Shown here in pieces: positions 56,264 through 64,000 of a stretch of DNA of 64,000 nucleotides (its first letter is position 1; the number at the start of each line of letters is the position of its first letter). The notes beneath the pieces are model-generated. The model was not told the origin of the DNA, ran no database searches, and saw only the letters and a list, made by a program, of their open reading frames with translations. This DNA comes from Bacilli bacterium (GTDB lineage: Bacteria; Bacillota_I; Bacilli_A; RFN20; CAG-826): assembly GCA_024408565.1 (NCBI GenBank), contig JAKSUW010000003.1, positions 2,060 through 66,059 of the forward strand, in the 5' to 3' direction. The translations under genes and the position numbers were made by a program.

Positions 56264-57507
56264 AGAATGAGAGATTTTTAAAGTTATTACATAATTACGC
56301 GAAGTTAATTGTTTATCGCGGACTCAATTTACCAAAAGGGCGAGTTATTAAAATTGATGCTAGCATTGATCAACCCGAGTTTGTGAACATCTTAACCGAA
56401 GAATGTTATAAAGCGGGGGCGAAGCACGTTATTGTTAAGTTTACTTCCGCTGAAGCGGAACGTATGATTTATGAACGAACCGAATTAAGTGAACTAAAAA
56501 AACTATTACCTTATTGGAAAGAAGAGAAGAAATATGCGATTCAACATGACTTCTCCTCAATTCGACTGGAGAGTAATGACCCTTATTATTTAAACGGCGT
56601 TGACGCGAAGAAGATATCAAGACCACACCAAATTTCGGGTCACTATGTCAGTAAACTTCGTCGTTCCACTAATTTTTATTACGCCCCTTATACCATCGCG
56701 TGTGTTCCAAGCAAAGCGTGGGCCAAACGCGTGTTTCCTAAACTCACGCCCGAAAAAGCGGAAATGGCGTTATGGGAATTAATTTTTGAAGTGGTGGGGG
56801 TGACCACAACCGATCCATATAAAAAATGGGACGAAAAATGTCATCACCTTGATGCCCGTGCTAAATGGCTTAATTCATTGAATATTAAATCACTTCATTA
56901 CACGAATAAGTTAGGCACCGATTTAACCATCGGAATGACGGAACGTTATCGCTTTGCGGCGACCGCTGATTATGACCGCTATACGCATCGCATTTATTAT
57001 TCGAATATTCCAACCGAAGAAGCCTTTGTTTCGCCGCACCGTCTTAAAACCGAAGGCGTTGTTTACGCGAGTAAACCTTTGTGTGAGAACGGACAAATGA
57101 TTGAAGGTATTTGTCTTCATTTCCATCATGGAAAAATTGTGAAAGCGACGGCGAAAAAGAATGAGACGCTCCTAAAGACATTAATTAAAACTGATTCGAA
57201 CGCTCGTTATCTAGGTGAAGCGGCGTTAGTGCCCTTTCATTCACCGATTAGCCAAACGGGGATTTTATTCTATAACACCCTTTTTGATGAGAATGCTTCT
57301 TGTCACTTCGCCTTTGGCGAATGCTATTCATATACTTATCGTGGCTACGATAAAATGAATCGTCGGCAATTAAAACATGCGGGTTTAAATTTTTCCAGTA
57401 CCCACATTGATTTTATGGTTGGCACGCCTGACTTAAATATCACCGCCACGACGCGCGATGGCAAACAAGTTCCGATTTTTCAAAACGGGGATTGGGCTAA
57501 AATGTAA
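56260..57507 (+). CDS. M29-family aminopeptidase, paralog 2
   Basis: Same blocks: LHYTNKLGTDL, FDENASCHFAFG and HIDFMVGT. 4-nt overlap with paralog 1. Confidence 0.8.
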   Translation: MKNERFLKLLHNYAKLIVYRGLNLPKGRVIKIDASIDQPEFVNILTEECYKAGAKHVIVKFTSAEAERMIYERTELSELKKLLPYWKEEKKYAIQHDFSSIRLESNDPYYLNGVDAKKISRPHQISGHYVSKLRRSTNFYYAPYTIACVPSKAWAKRVFPKLTPEKAEMALWELIFEVVGVTTTDPYKKWDEKCHHLDARAKWLNSLNIKSLHYTNKLGTDLTIGMTERYRFAATADYDRYTHRIYYSNIPTEEAFVSPHRLKTEGVVYASKPLCENGQMIEGICLHFHHGKIVKATAKKNETLLKTLIKTDSNARYLGEAALVPFHSPISQTGILFYNTLFDENASCHFAFGECYSYTYRGYDKMNRRQLKHAGLNFSSTHIDFMVGTPDLNITATTRDGKQVPIFQNGDWAKM

Positions 57508-57509
57508 TT

Positions 57510-58181
57510 ATGAAAAGAACGTTTCGTTACCTCGTTTCTTCAGTTGTTGCCGGTTTTATTATGGCGCTTGCGGGTTTTGAACTTGTGGTGATGAAAAGCC
57601 TCGACGCTTATATCGCGGGCGCGTTTCTTCAAGGTTTAGCGTTACTATTAATTTCTTACCTCGGCCTTGATTTATACAACCGCCATTTAACGGAAGTGTT
57701 CACGAGCAAAAAGAAAGGGTTTTGTTTATTAAACATCGTCGTTTGTTTGTGTATAAATGTAGCGAGCATTATTGGTTTTGCTTATTTATTGCGCGTCGTC
57801 ACTAATCACAATATTGATTACATTAGCACCGCGATTAAGATGGTCGAAGGGCGTATCACTCACGTTGGTGAGATTGCTGGCAAAGAGTGGTATATGACCT
57901 TAATATCTGGTTTTATCTGTGGCTTAATGATTGCCTGTGCGACGCGCATTTATCGAAGTAACGTTCACCCGGTGCTAAGAGCGATGGCGCCAGTCTTAAC
58001 TGTTGGTCTATACATTATCCTAGGTTTTGAAAATTTATTTACGAACGTTTTTTATATCGCTTTTGCCTCGTTATGGAACGCTGGAAGTGCGCTAAATATT
58101 GTCTTGATTCTTTTTGGCAATGTCATCGGAACTTACCTTTTTTATCTCTTAGTGAATTTTTTGTCACACAAAGATAATTAA
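57510..58181 (+). CDS. six-TM membrane protein, possibly formate/nitrite-transporter (FNT)-like
   Basis: 223 aa. It weakly resembles FNT blocks (GLDLYNRHL vs G.ELFTGN, and GNVIGTYLFY near the C-terminus). Confidence 0.35.
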   Translation: MKRTFRYLVSSVVAGFIMALAGFELVVMKSLDAYIAGAFLQGLALLLISYLGLDLYNRHLTEVFTSKKKGFCLLNIVVCLCINVASIIGFAYLLRVVTNHNIDYISTAIKMVEGRITHVGEIAGKEWYMTLISGFICGLMIACATRIYRSNVHPVLRAMAPVLTVGLYIILGFENLFTNVFYIAFASLWNAGSALNIVLILFGNVIGTYLFYLLVNFLSHKDN

Positions 58182-58201
58182 GAAGTGCTAAAATAGACAG
58201 C

Positions 58202-59446
58202 ATGCTAACGAAAAATGAACTATTAACTTTAAAACGCGAATATGCGCGAATGCTCGTTAAATTAGGCTTGCATTTAACGACTCAACGTTATGTCGAAGTA
58301 ACGGTTCCGACTGATGATTTAGAATTCTCTCGTATATTAATTGAAGAAATTTATAAAAATTCACCATCGGTGAAACGGGTATTTCCACTTTATTCTGATC
58401 CTTATATTAATCGGATTAATTATATTTATGGCGATAAAAATGAATTAAAAAAAGTTTATCCGCACCAAATCCAAAGTTGGAAATTTTCGGCCACTAACCG
58501 GATACCTTTAATTACTTGCTACGAACAATATTACGATACGATGGATGGAGTTGATAGTAAAAAAGTTACTGAGATTGGCTTAGCCCGTCGTGCCGCAATT
58601 GCCAAATATTATTACCAAACATCCTTAAATACCCATTGGACTGGATGCTGTATTCCAAATCGTTCTTGGGCCAAAAAACTTTTCCCGAAATTAAGTGATG
58701 AAGCCGCGATTAATAAACTTTGGGAAATTATTTTTAAGTGTTGTTATGTCGAAAAAAATAAGTCAATCGCGAACTGGGAAAAACATAACCGTGAACTTCA
58801 TGACCGCGCTGAGTGGCTTAATTCTTTACATATTAAATCTTTACATTACACTAATAAACTTGGTACCGATCTCACCATCGGTTTAATGAAATGCTCGCGT
58901 TTTGTTGGCGGCTACCATCAGGTGGATGGCGAAAGTTTTAACCCCAATTTCCCAACGGAAGAAGTCTTCGTGGCCCCTGATTACCATAAAGCGGACGGAA
59001 TCGTTTATTCGGCACGTCCATTAGTGGAAGATAACACTCTCATTGAGGATTTCTATTTCCGCTTCGAAAAGGGACGAGTGGTCGAAATGCACGCGAAAAA
59101 GAACGAAGCAACCCTCCGTAAAATTTTAGATTATGACGAGGGTTCCCACCATTTAGGGGAAGTGGCTTTAGTCCCTTATTCTTCACCGATTAGTCAAACG
59201 AAGATGGTGTTTTATAACACACTTTATGATGAGAACTCATCTTGTCACTTAGCCATTGGCTTTGGCTTTAGTATGAATATCGCCAACGGATACAGATATT
59301 CAAAACGTCGTTTGCATCATTTGGGGCTTAATCAATCAGGTGTCCATTGTGACTTTATGATTGGCACACCCGATTTAAATATCACCGCGACGACCTACGA
59401 TGGCAAAGAGATCCCCATTTTCCGCAATGGTAATTGGGTGAAATAA
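58202..59446 (+). CDS. M29-family aminopeptidase, paralog 3
   Basis: LHYTNKLGTDL, YDENSSCHLAIG and HCDFMIGT. Confidence 0.8.
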   Translation: MLTKNELLTLKREYARMLVKLGLHLTTQRYVEVTVPTDDLEFSRILIEEIYKNSPSVKRVFPLYSDPYINRINYIYGDKNELKKVYPHQIQSWKFSATNRIPLITCYEQYYDTMDGVDSKKVTEIGLARRAAIAKYYYQTSLNTHWTGCCIPNRSWAKKLFPKLSDEAAINKLWEIIFKCCYVEKNKSIANWEKHNRELHDRAEWLNSLHIKSLHYTNKLGTDLTIGLMKCSRFVGGYHQVDGESFNPNFPTEEVFVAPDYHKADGIVYSARPLVEDNTLIEDFYFRFEKGRVVEMHAKKNEATLRKILDYDEGSHHLGEVALVPYSSPISQTKMVFYNTLYDENSSCHLAIGFGFSMNIANGYRYSKRRLHHLGLNQSGVHCDFMIGTPDLNITATTYDGKEIPIFRNGNWVK

Positions 59447-59469
59447 ATTAATCAATTTAAATAAAGAAA

Positions 59470-59494
59470 AATCCCACAGACGTGGGATTTTTTT
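59470..59494. terminator. bidirectional intrinsic terminator
   Basis: AATCCCAC-AGAC-GTGGGATT sits between an A-run and a T-run, between convergent genes. Confidence 0.8.
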
Positions 59495-59506
59495 GTTAAT
59501 CTTTAA

Positions 59507-60277
59507 TTAGTCTTTGTGCGTAATGTGAAGATAGAATTCGTATTGTGCTTGATTAAACTTTGGTAACACCCAGAAACCAAGGATACCTAAAGTAAGAATC
59601 ATAAGGATAAACCAGCCAATATAACTAATTCTTAAACAGAAGAGTTTCCATTTGTTTCCGTGCATAAGTTTCCGGCTTTCGGTAATGCAGTCAAGCGTGG
59701 TCTTGTTTGGATTATCTAACGCAATGTAAAGCGCCATTGAATAAGAGAATGACTTAATGATACCAGGGACGATGAGTAATAAAGTCCATAACGCGGTGAA
59801 GATGGTTTGCATGATGTAGACACCTAATGATTGAGTGTATCTTTCTTTGAAACCATAGAAAATACCACCGACGGTCGGTTTCTTTTTCATTCTCGCTTGT
59901 TTTGATAAGTTAATTAAACTATAGGTAAAGGCACCGCTAGTAAGAAGAGTGAATAGGGCAATTAATGTAGAACTAATCGCTATGCCAACTCCGCCAGTAG
60001 CTATGCCGGTTGATGGATCGAATGCTGGTTTATCAATGAGCGCAATCGCACCCGCAATTGCACTAAAGGCACCGATAATCACTGAATAGACTAAATAAGT
60101 CACCGCAAAGTCGCCGCTCATTGGTTTAACAATGTCGATTGCTTTATGGCGATAGTCACGTGCCCGCATCTTATTGGAAGCGGGGGCTTTTTTTGGTGCT
60201 ACTTCTTTAGCGGGAGCAGCTTCCGTTTTTACTTGTTTTGCTTCTTTAGCAACATTTTTCTTTGTTTTGTTTGGCAT
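59507..60277 (-). CDS. DUF975-like integral membrane protein with a Lys/Ala-rich N-terminus
   Basis: MHGNKWKLFCLRISYIGWFIL is typical of DUF975. It has four to five TM helices. Confidence 0.55.
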   Translation of the reverse strand: MPNKTKKNVAKEAKQVKTEAAPAKEVAPKKAPASNKMRARDYRHKAIDIVKPMSGDFAVTYLVYSVIIGAFSAIAGAIALIDKPAFDPSTGIATGGVGIAISSTLIALFTLLTSGAFTYSLINLSKQARMKKKPTVGGIFYGFKERYTQSLGVYIMQTIFTALWTLLLIVPGIIKSFSYSMALYIALDNPNKTTLDCITESRKLMHGNKWKLFCLRISYIGWFILMILTLGILGFWVLPKFNQAQYEFYLHITHKD

Positions 60278-60432
60278 AAAAGTACCTCGTTACGTTTAAT
60301 AGCATACACCAAATTGGCATGAGTTTGTGTTTTGTTTTGTTAAGTAGTAATAAAATGAGGCGACTAACTCATCTAATTAACATAGTGTTAAAGTTGCGAA
60401 AAACTAGTGAAAAAAGTTATAATTTTACTAAG

Positions 60433-62181
60433 ATGAAAAATAAAGTAATTACTTTATTATCATTGTTCTTATTTGGAACCTCTTTAATCGCGTGCCAAAG
60501 TAAAGAGAAATACACTGTCATGTGGCTTAATGATGATGGCAGTGTTTTAGAAGTTGATAAAGGTGTCCTTCAAGGAAGTATCCCAACTTATGATGGGAAA
60601 ACACCAACATCGCGCGACGATGAAAAATATTCATACACTTTTACTGGATGGTCGCCAAATGTTGTGCCGGTAACTAAAAATACTGTCTATGTTGCTTCTT
60701 ACAAAGCAAACATCCGCACTTTTACGGTTAATTTTTATAATACGGATGCCGAGGGAACTAAACTACAAACCATCACCGATGTTCCTTATGGAGCGACAGT
60801 TCAATATACAGGTAGCGTCATTCCTTCTAAAGAAGGTAAGGAAGCCACTTACGAATTTGATGGATGGGAACCAAAGATTGGCCCCATTACTTGCAACACT
60901 GATTATTACGCTCACTATAAATCGACCTGGAATAAGTTCCCAGTATCTTTTGAGTGTAGTAATTGCACGATTAACGATAAAGAAACCGGCGATATTGATG
61001 ATGTGTATTACAATCAAAAAATATCTTTAAAAATTGAGCATCTTCGTGATTATGCTTTACCTGAAGATATAACTGTTAAAGTTGATGGCAAGAAAGTAAG
61101 CAATCGTTTGTATGATTATAATCGCTTTACTGGTCAATTCTCGATGTCGTGTTTAGGTGAAACCCATCTTAATATCGACGCGATTAATTATTCATCAAAT
61201 GTTATTCTTACTAATTATAAATTTTCTGATGAATATGAAGGCGAAATCGAGGCCGGGTTTAATGCGCTCACCCCTGTGCACTTAATCAATTGGCATTATT
61301 ATGGTGATCCTATTTATAATAGTGATAATTCATATGTTTATAGTGATATTAAACAAGGTGAAGAAAGAACAGTTGCAGTTTTTCCGACAATTGGCGAAGA
61401 GTGCCAAATAAGATTTTTTGATAAATCAGCAAAACCAGTTTATGCGGCAAATGAATATATAACCAGCGTTACTTGGCCTTTAAACGGCGAACGAATTGCC
61501 GATTACGCTTTTAATGGTGCCACAAACATCAAAAACGTAGTTATTTTTATTCACAAAAACTCTTCTTTATATCGAACCATCGGTGCCTATGCGTTCGCCA
61601 GCTGTGAAAATTTAAACAGTTTGAGTATTTATAATACTGATGAGCCATCGTTGATTGAATTTGGGCCATGTTCATTTTTTGGATGTGACAACATAAATTT
61701 AGCACATCCCGACCATGGCCATTATTGCCTTCCCTATGGCACTCATATAATTGGTGACTACGCTTTTGCTAATTGTGGCTCGAAAATTGAATATTATGGT
61801 GTTAAATTTGATACGGACGAAGATGGTTTTTCAACTTTACAAGACATTGGTGGTTTTGCATTTGCGGATAGTCCGACTTTAAGCACTATTAATATTCCTG
61901 CTCCGTTTTTCCCGAAGTTTGGTATAACGCTTAATCTTGGCGATTATGTGTTTTCTAATTCTTTAAACGAGAACGGCAATTCAATTTCCTTTGTTAATTT
62001 TAATAAAGAAGTCGGTGGTAAACTCCCTAACATTCCTACTATCACTGATAAAACCTTTGAAAACAAAGGCGACATGTCAGCTACTTATCCCATTTATGTT
62101 CCTAGTAGTCGATTAGACGATTTTAGAGAAGCGTGGGATGGGAAAGTTAATCTTGACCGCGTTATAGGAGCAGATGTATGA
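60433..62181 (+). CDS. surface lipoprotein: Listeria-Bacteroides (InlB B-type) repeats plus BspA-type leucine-rich repeats
   Basis: The start at 60433 gives MKNKVITLLSLFLFGTSLIAC (lipobox). It has two repeats of the form Y.F.GW...V.....Y.A.YK. The C-terminal LRR units are IADYAFNGATNIKNV, IGAYAFASCENLNSL, IGDYAFANC and IGGFAFADSPTLSTI. Confidence 0.75.
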   Translation: MKNKVITLLSLFLFGTSLIACQSKEKYTVMWLNDDGSVLEVDKGVLQGSIPTYDGKTPTSRDDEKYSYTFTGWSPNVVPVTKNTVYVASYKANIRTFTVNFYNTDAEGTKLQTITDVPYGATVQYTGSVIPSKEGKEATYEFDGWEPKIGPITCNTDYYAHYKSTWNKFPVSFECSNCTINDKETGDIDDVYYNQKISLKIEHLRDYALPEDITVKVDGKKVSNRLYDYNRFTGQFSMSCLGETHLNIDAINYSSNVILTNYKFSDEYEGEIEAGFNALTPVHLINWHYYGDPIYNSDNSYVYSDIKQGEERTVAVFPTIGEECQIRFFDKSAKPVYAANEYITSVTWPLNGERIADYAFNGATNIKNVVIFIHKNSSLYRTIGAYAFASCENLNSLSIYNTDEPSLIEFGPCSFFGCDNINLAHPDHGHYCLPYGTHIIGDYAFANCGSKIEYYGVKFDTDEDGFSTLQDIGGFAFADSPTLSTINIPAPFFPKFGITLNLGDYVFSNSLNENGNSISFVNFNKEVGGKLPNIPTITDKTFENKGDMSATYPIYVPSSRLDDFREAWDGKVNLDRVIGADV

Positions 62182-63929
62182 AGCGGGCATTGACTCTTAG
62201 TTTTCTTCTTTTCCCGCTTGCTCTAACTTCTTGTGGTGGGGGCGAGGATCCACATCCATCTAGAAATTATTCGTTGACCTTAGCTGCTGATACGTGGTGT
62301 CAATTAGATGTTGAAGGCAAATATTATAAGTATAACGAGACCGCCAATGGGGTGATTAAAATTAATGACTCTGTGCAAGCGTTTTATGATCTACCTGATA
62401 CCATCACGGTTTATGACAGTGTAAAAGAAGTTGTTCCTACAACTAAATATCAATACCAGCTTAGCGAAGATGCCAAAACCGCTAACTTCTCCATTAAGAT
62501 GGAAGACGCTTATGTTATTTCGTTAGCGTCTATTGAAACTACTTGCGAAGTCACTTTTGATACTGATGGGGGAACGGGCGAGATAGAAACTCAGTATGTG
62601 AAACCGGGCTTCCATGCGGAAGAACCCGCCGTTTCTCCGACACGTGAAGGATTTAAATTTACGGGTTGGTATGAAGATAAATTTGATCAAAAACCATATG
62701 ATTTTACTAAGAGGATTGTTACAACTGACCTCCATTTGATTGCTAAATGGCAAAGTGAAAAATGGGTATACTTTGAGCCATTAACTAGCGATACACAAAT
62801 TCAAGTGGTTACGCATGGCGATTTTTCTCTTGCGGATGATATTGAATTATATTTCTCTTATAACCCAACCGATGAAGTCAAGAATATGACAAGATGGACA
62901 GCGACTGCTATGCCAGAAGCGGGGAAAAATTTTGTCATCGCGACAAAAGGTAGCGAAGTAAGTTTTGCGAAAAATCGAAATGATTATCTTTCCTTTACTT
63001 GTAACAAAGGCGGTTCTTTTAATGTGAATGGTCCAATCGCTAGCACAAACGCTATCCACGAATACGGTTTCTATCATCTGTTTGAAGGCGCGCCGGTTGT
63101 TAATGCTTCTAATTTACTTTTATATTTTGAAGAATTACCTGACAGCATGTGCGAAGGTATGTTTATCAATTGTAACCAATTACTCAGTGTACCAAATATT
63201 GTGATTCCAAAAGTAGAAGAACCGATTATTGGCATAACTCCCGGCGACTACACTTTCGCTAGTATGTTTGAAGGCTGCTCAGAACTATCAAGTGCAGATT
63301 CTTTGATATTTGGCGAAGGTGAAAAATATAGCGAAGTCAAGAATAGTTCATCGTTTGAAAAGATGTTTAAAGATTGTACTAAATTAGTTGAACCACCGCA
63401 TTTAAATTACAGCCGACTCCTTGGTGCATTCTATCCTTGCCATTCATGCTACGAAAGCATGTTTGAAAATTGTCGTTCGCTAAAAGTTGGACCAGCTTTA
63501 TCTGCAACTAGCCTTTCTGATTCATGCTATAAAAACATGTTTAAGGGTTGCACAAGTTTAGAAAGAATTGGGTCAGAGTTACCCGCTGCCGATTTATTTC
63601 CCGCTTGCTACGAAAGCATGTTTGAAGGTTGCTCTTCTTTAACCGTAGCACCGATTATTAAGGCAAGACAATATCATCAAGAAATTACTGATCATGATTT
63701 ATTCACCGCGTGTCGCTACATGTTTAAGAATTGTTCGGCGCTTAATTCTGTTGAGATTCATTTAGCGACTTTTGGTGGATATGTAAGCACTGCGATTGAT
63801 TGGTTAATGGGGGCCGCCACCACGGGAACAATTTATTGCTATTCGGGTTTGAAAGAAGAATTTGGGTGGGGAGACTATCCTCGTTTCTTAAATCCAAATA
63901 ATTGGGCGATTGAGGAGATTGATGGATGA
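62178..63929 (+). CDS. surface lipoprotein: Listeria-Bacteroides repeat plus DUF285/BspA-like CYxxMFxxC repeats
   Basis: Lipobox ALTSCG. VTFDTDGGTGE...FKFTGWYED...LIAKW is the repeat domain. There are at least six copies of (C)YxxMFxxCxxL. ATGA-type overlap with the upstream gene. Confidence 0.75.
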   Translation: MKRALTLSFLLFPLALTSCGGGEDPHPSRNYSLTLAADTWCQLDVEGKYYKYNETANGVIKINDSVQAFYDLPDTITVYDSVKEVVPTTKYQYQLSEDAKTANFSIKMEDAYVISLASIETTCEVTFDTDGGTGEIETQYVKPGFHAEEPAVSPTREGFKFTGWYEDKFDQKPYDFTKRIVTTDLHLIAKWQSEKWVYFEPLTSDTQIQVVTHGDFSLADDIELYFSYNPTDEVKNMTRWTATAMPEAGKNFVIATKGSEVSFAKNRNDYLSFTCNKGGSFNVNGPIASTNAIHEYGFYHLFEGAPVVNASNLLLYFEELPDSMCEGMFINCNQLLSVPNIVIPKVEEPIIGITPGDYTFASMFEGCSELSSADSLIFGEGEKYSEVKNSSSFEKMFKDCTKLVEPPHLNYSRLLGAFYPCHSCYESMFENCRSLKVGPALSATSLSDSCYKNMFKGCTSLERIGSELPAADLFPACYESMFEGCSSLTVAPIIKARQYHQEITDHDLFTACRYMFKNCSALNSVEIHLATFGGYVSTAIDWLMGAATTGTIYCYSGLKEEFGWGDYPRFLNPNNWAIEEIDG

Positions 63930-64000
63930 GACAGAATAGAGTAATTAAAGTAATCACTCTTCTTATCACTTTACCTGTTTTTGCCGCGTGTCAAAAAAAC
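63926..64000 (+). CDS. third lipoprotein of the array (3' end outside the window)
   Basis: The ATG at 63926 overlaps the upstream stop (ATGA). MRQNRVIKVITLLITLPVFAACQKN is a signal peptide with a lipobox. Confidence 0.6.
   Translation, partial: MRQNRVIKVITLLITLPVFAACQKN

Noticed and set aside
60319-60432. A 38-codon N-terminal extension of the lipoprotein ORF; likewise 29112 for ORF 29127, 30821 for ORF 30851 and 54941 for ORF 55010
   Set aside because: The extensions precede the signal peptide or conserved N-terminus, and they overlap promoter elements or the upstream gene.
1-64000. Prophage, IS element, integron, CRISPR-cas or restriction-modification island
   Set aside because: No transposase, integrase, recombinase, capsid/terminase, cas or methyltransferase/endonuclease motifs were recognised in any listed ORF.

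Overview
This 64-kb chromosomal window appears to come from a low-GC, lipoprotein-rich, Mollicutes/Acholeplasma-like member of the Bacillota. That assignment is my inference from gene content, the many lipobox signal peptides and the AT-rich intergenic DNA. UGA is a stop codon here, because an RF2 gene with the classical CTT-TGA-C +1 frameshift is present. All calls rest on motif recognition in the supplied translations and on reading the DNA; no database search was run.

The core content is housekeeping:
- gltX, then mnmG-rsmG converging on parA-parB.
- xylAB next to a sugar ABC transporter with two oversized lipoprotein binders.
- An amino-acid ABC system.
- dnaE-polA-(mutM::coaE fusion), then comFA-comFC, secA, prfB, a yitT-like gene and uvrB.
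- secG, folD and three tandem M29 aminopeptidase paralogs.
- Five tRNAs (Gly, Glu, Ile, Val, Thr).

No rRNA, CRISPR-cas, transposase or integrase is visible.

The most interesting non-core signals are:
1. Between uvrB and a metallophosphoesterase gene lie two 45-nt-period structured tandem repeats, then an intrinsic terminator, then a decayed short ORF, all on the minus strand. This is the architecture of type III (RNA antitoxin) toxin-antitoxin loci.
2. The tRNA-Val/Thr 3' ends recur as decaying copies that bracket two single-gene cassettes, an att-site-like footprint with no integrase.
3. A two-gene insertion splits the conserved secA-prfB pair: a small protein plus a retropepsin-like DTG aspartic protease in overlapping frames.
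4. An unlisted 44-aa Lys/Ala-rich gene with its own promoter and RBS converges on comFC.
5. A STAS protein gene precedes a 937-aa LytS-5TM/HAMP/PP2C/HATPase fusion, a partner-switching module with no sigma factor nearby.
6. A ThyX-fold protein with a broken ThyX signature is translationally coupled to folD.
7. Many genes have a TATAAT box 6-9 nt from the start codon and no Shine-Dalgarno, which suggests leaderless mRNAs. One case is a back-to-back pair sharing a single ATTATATAAT.
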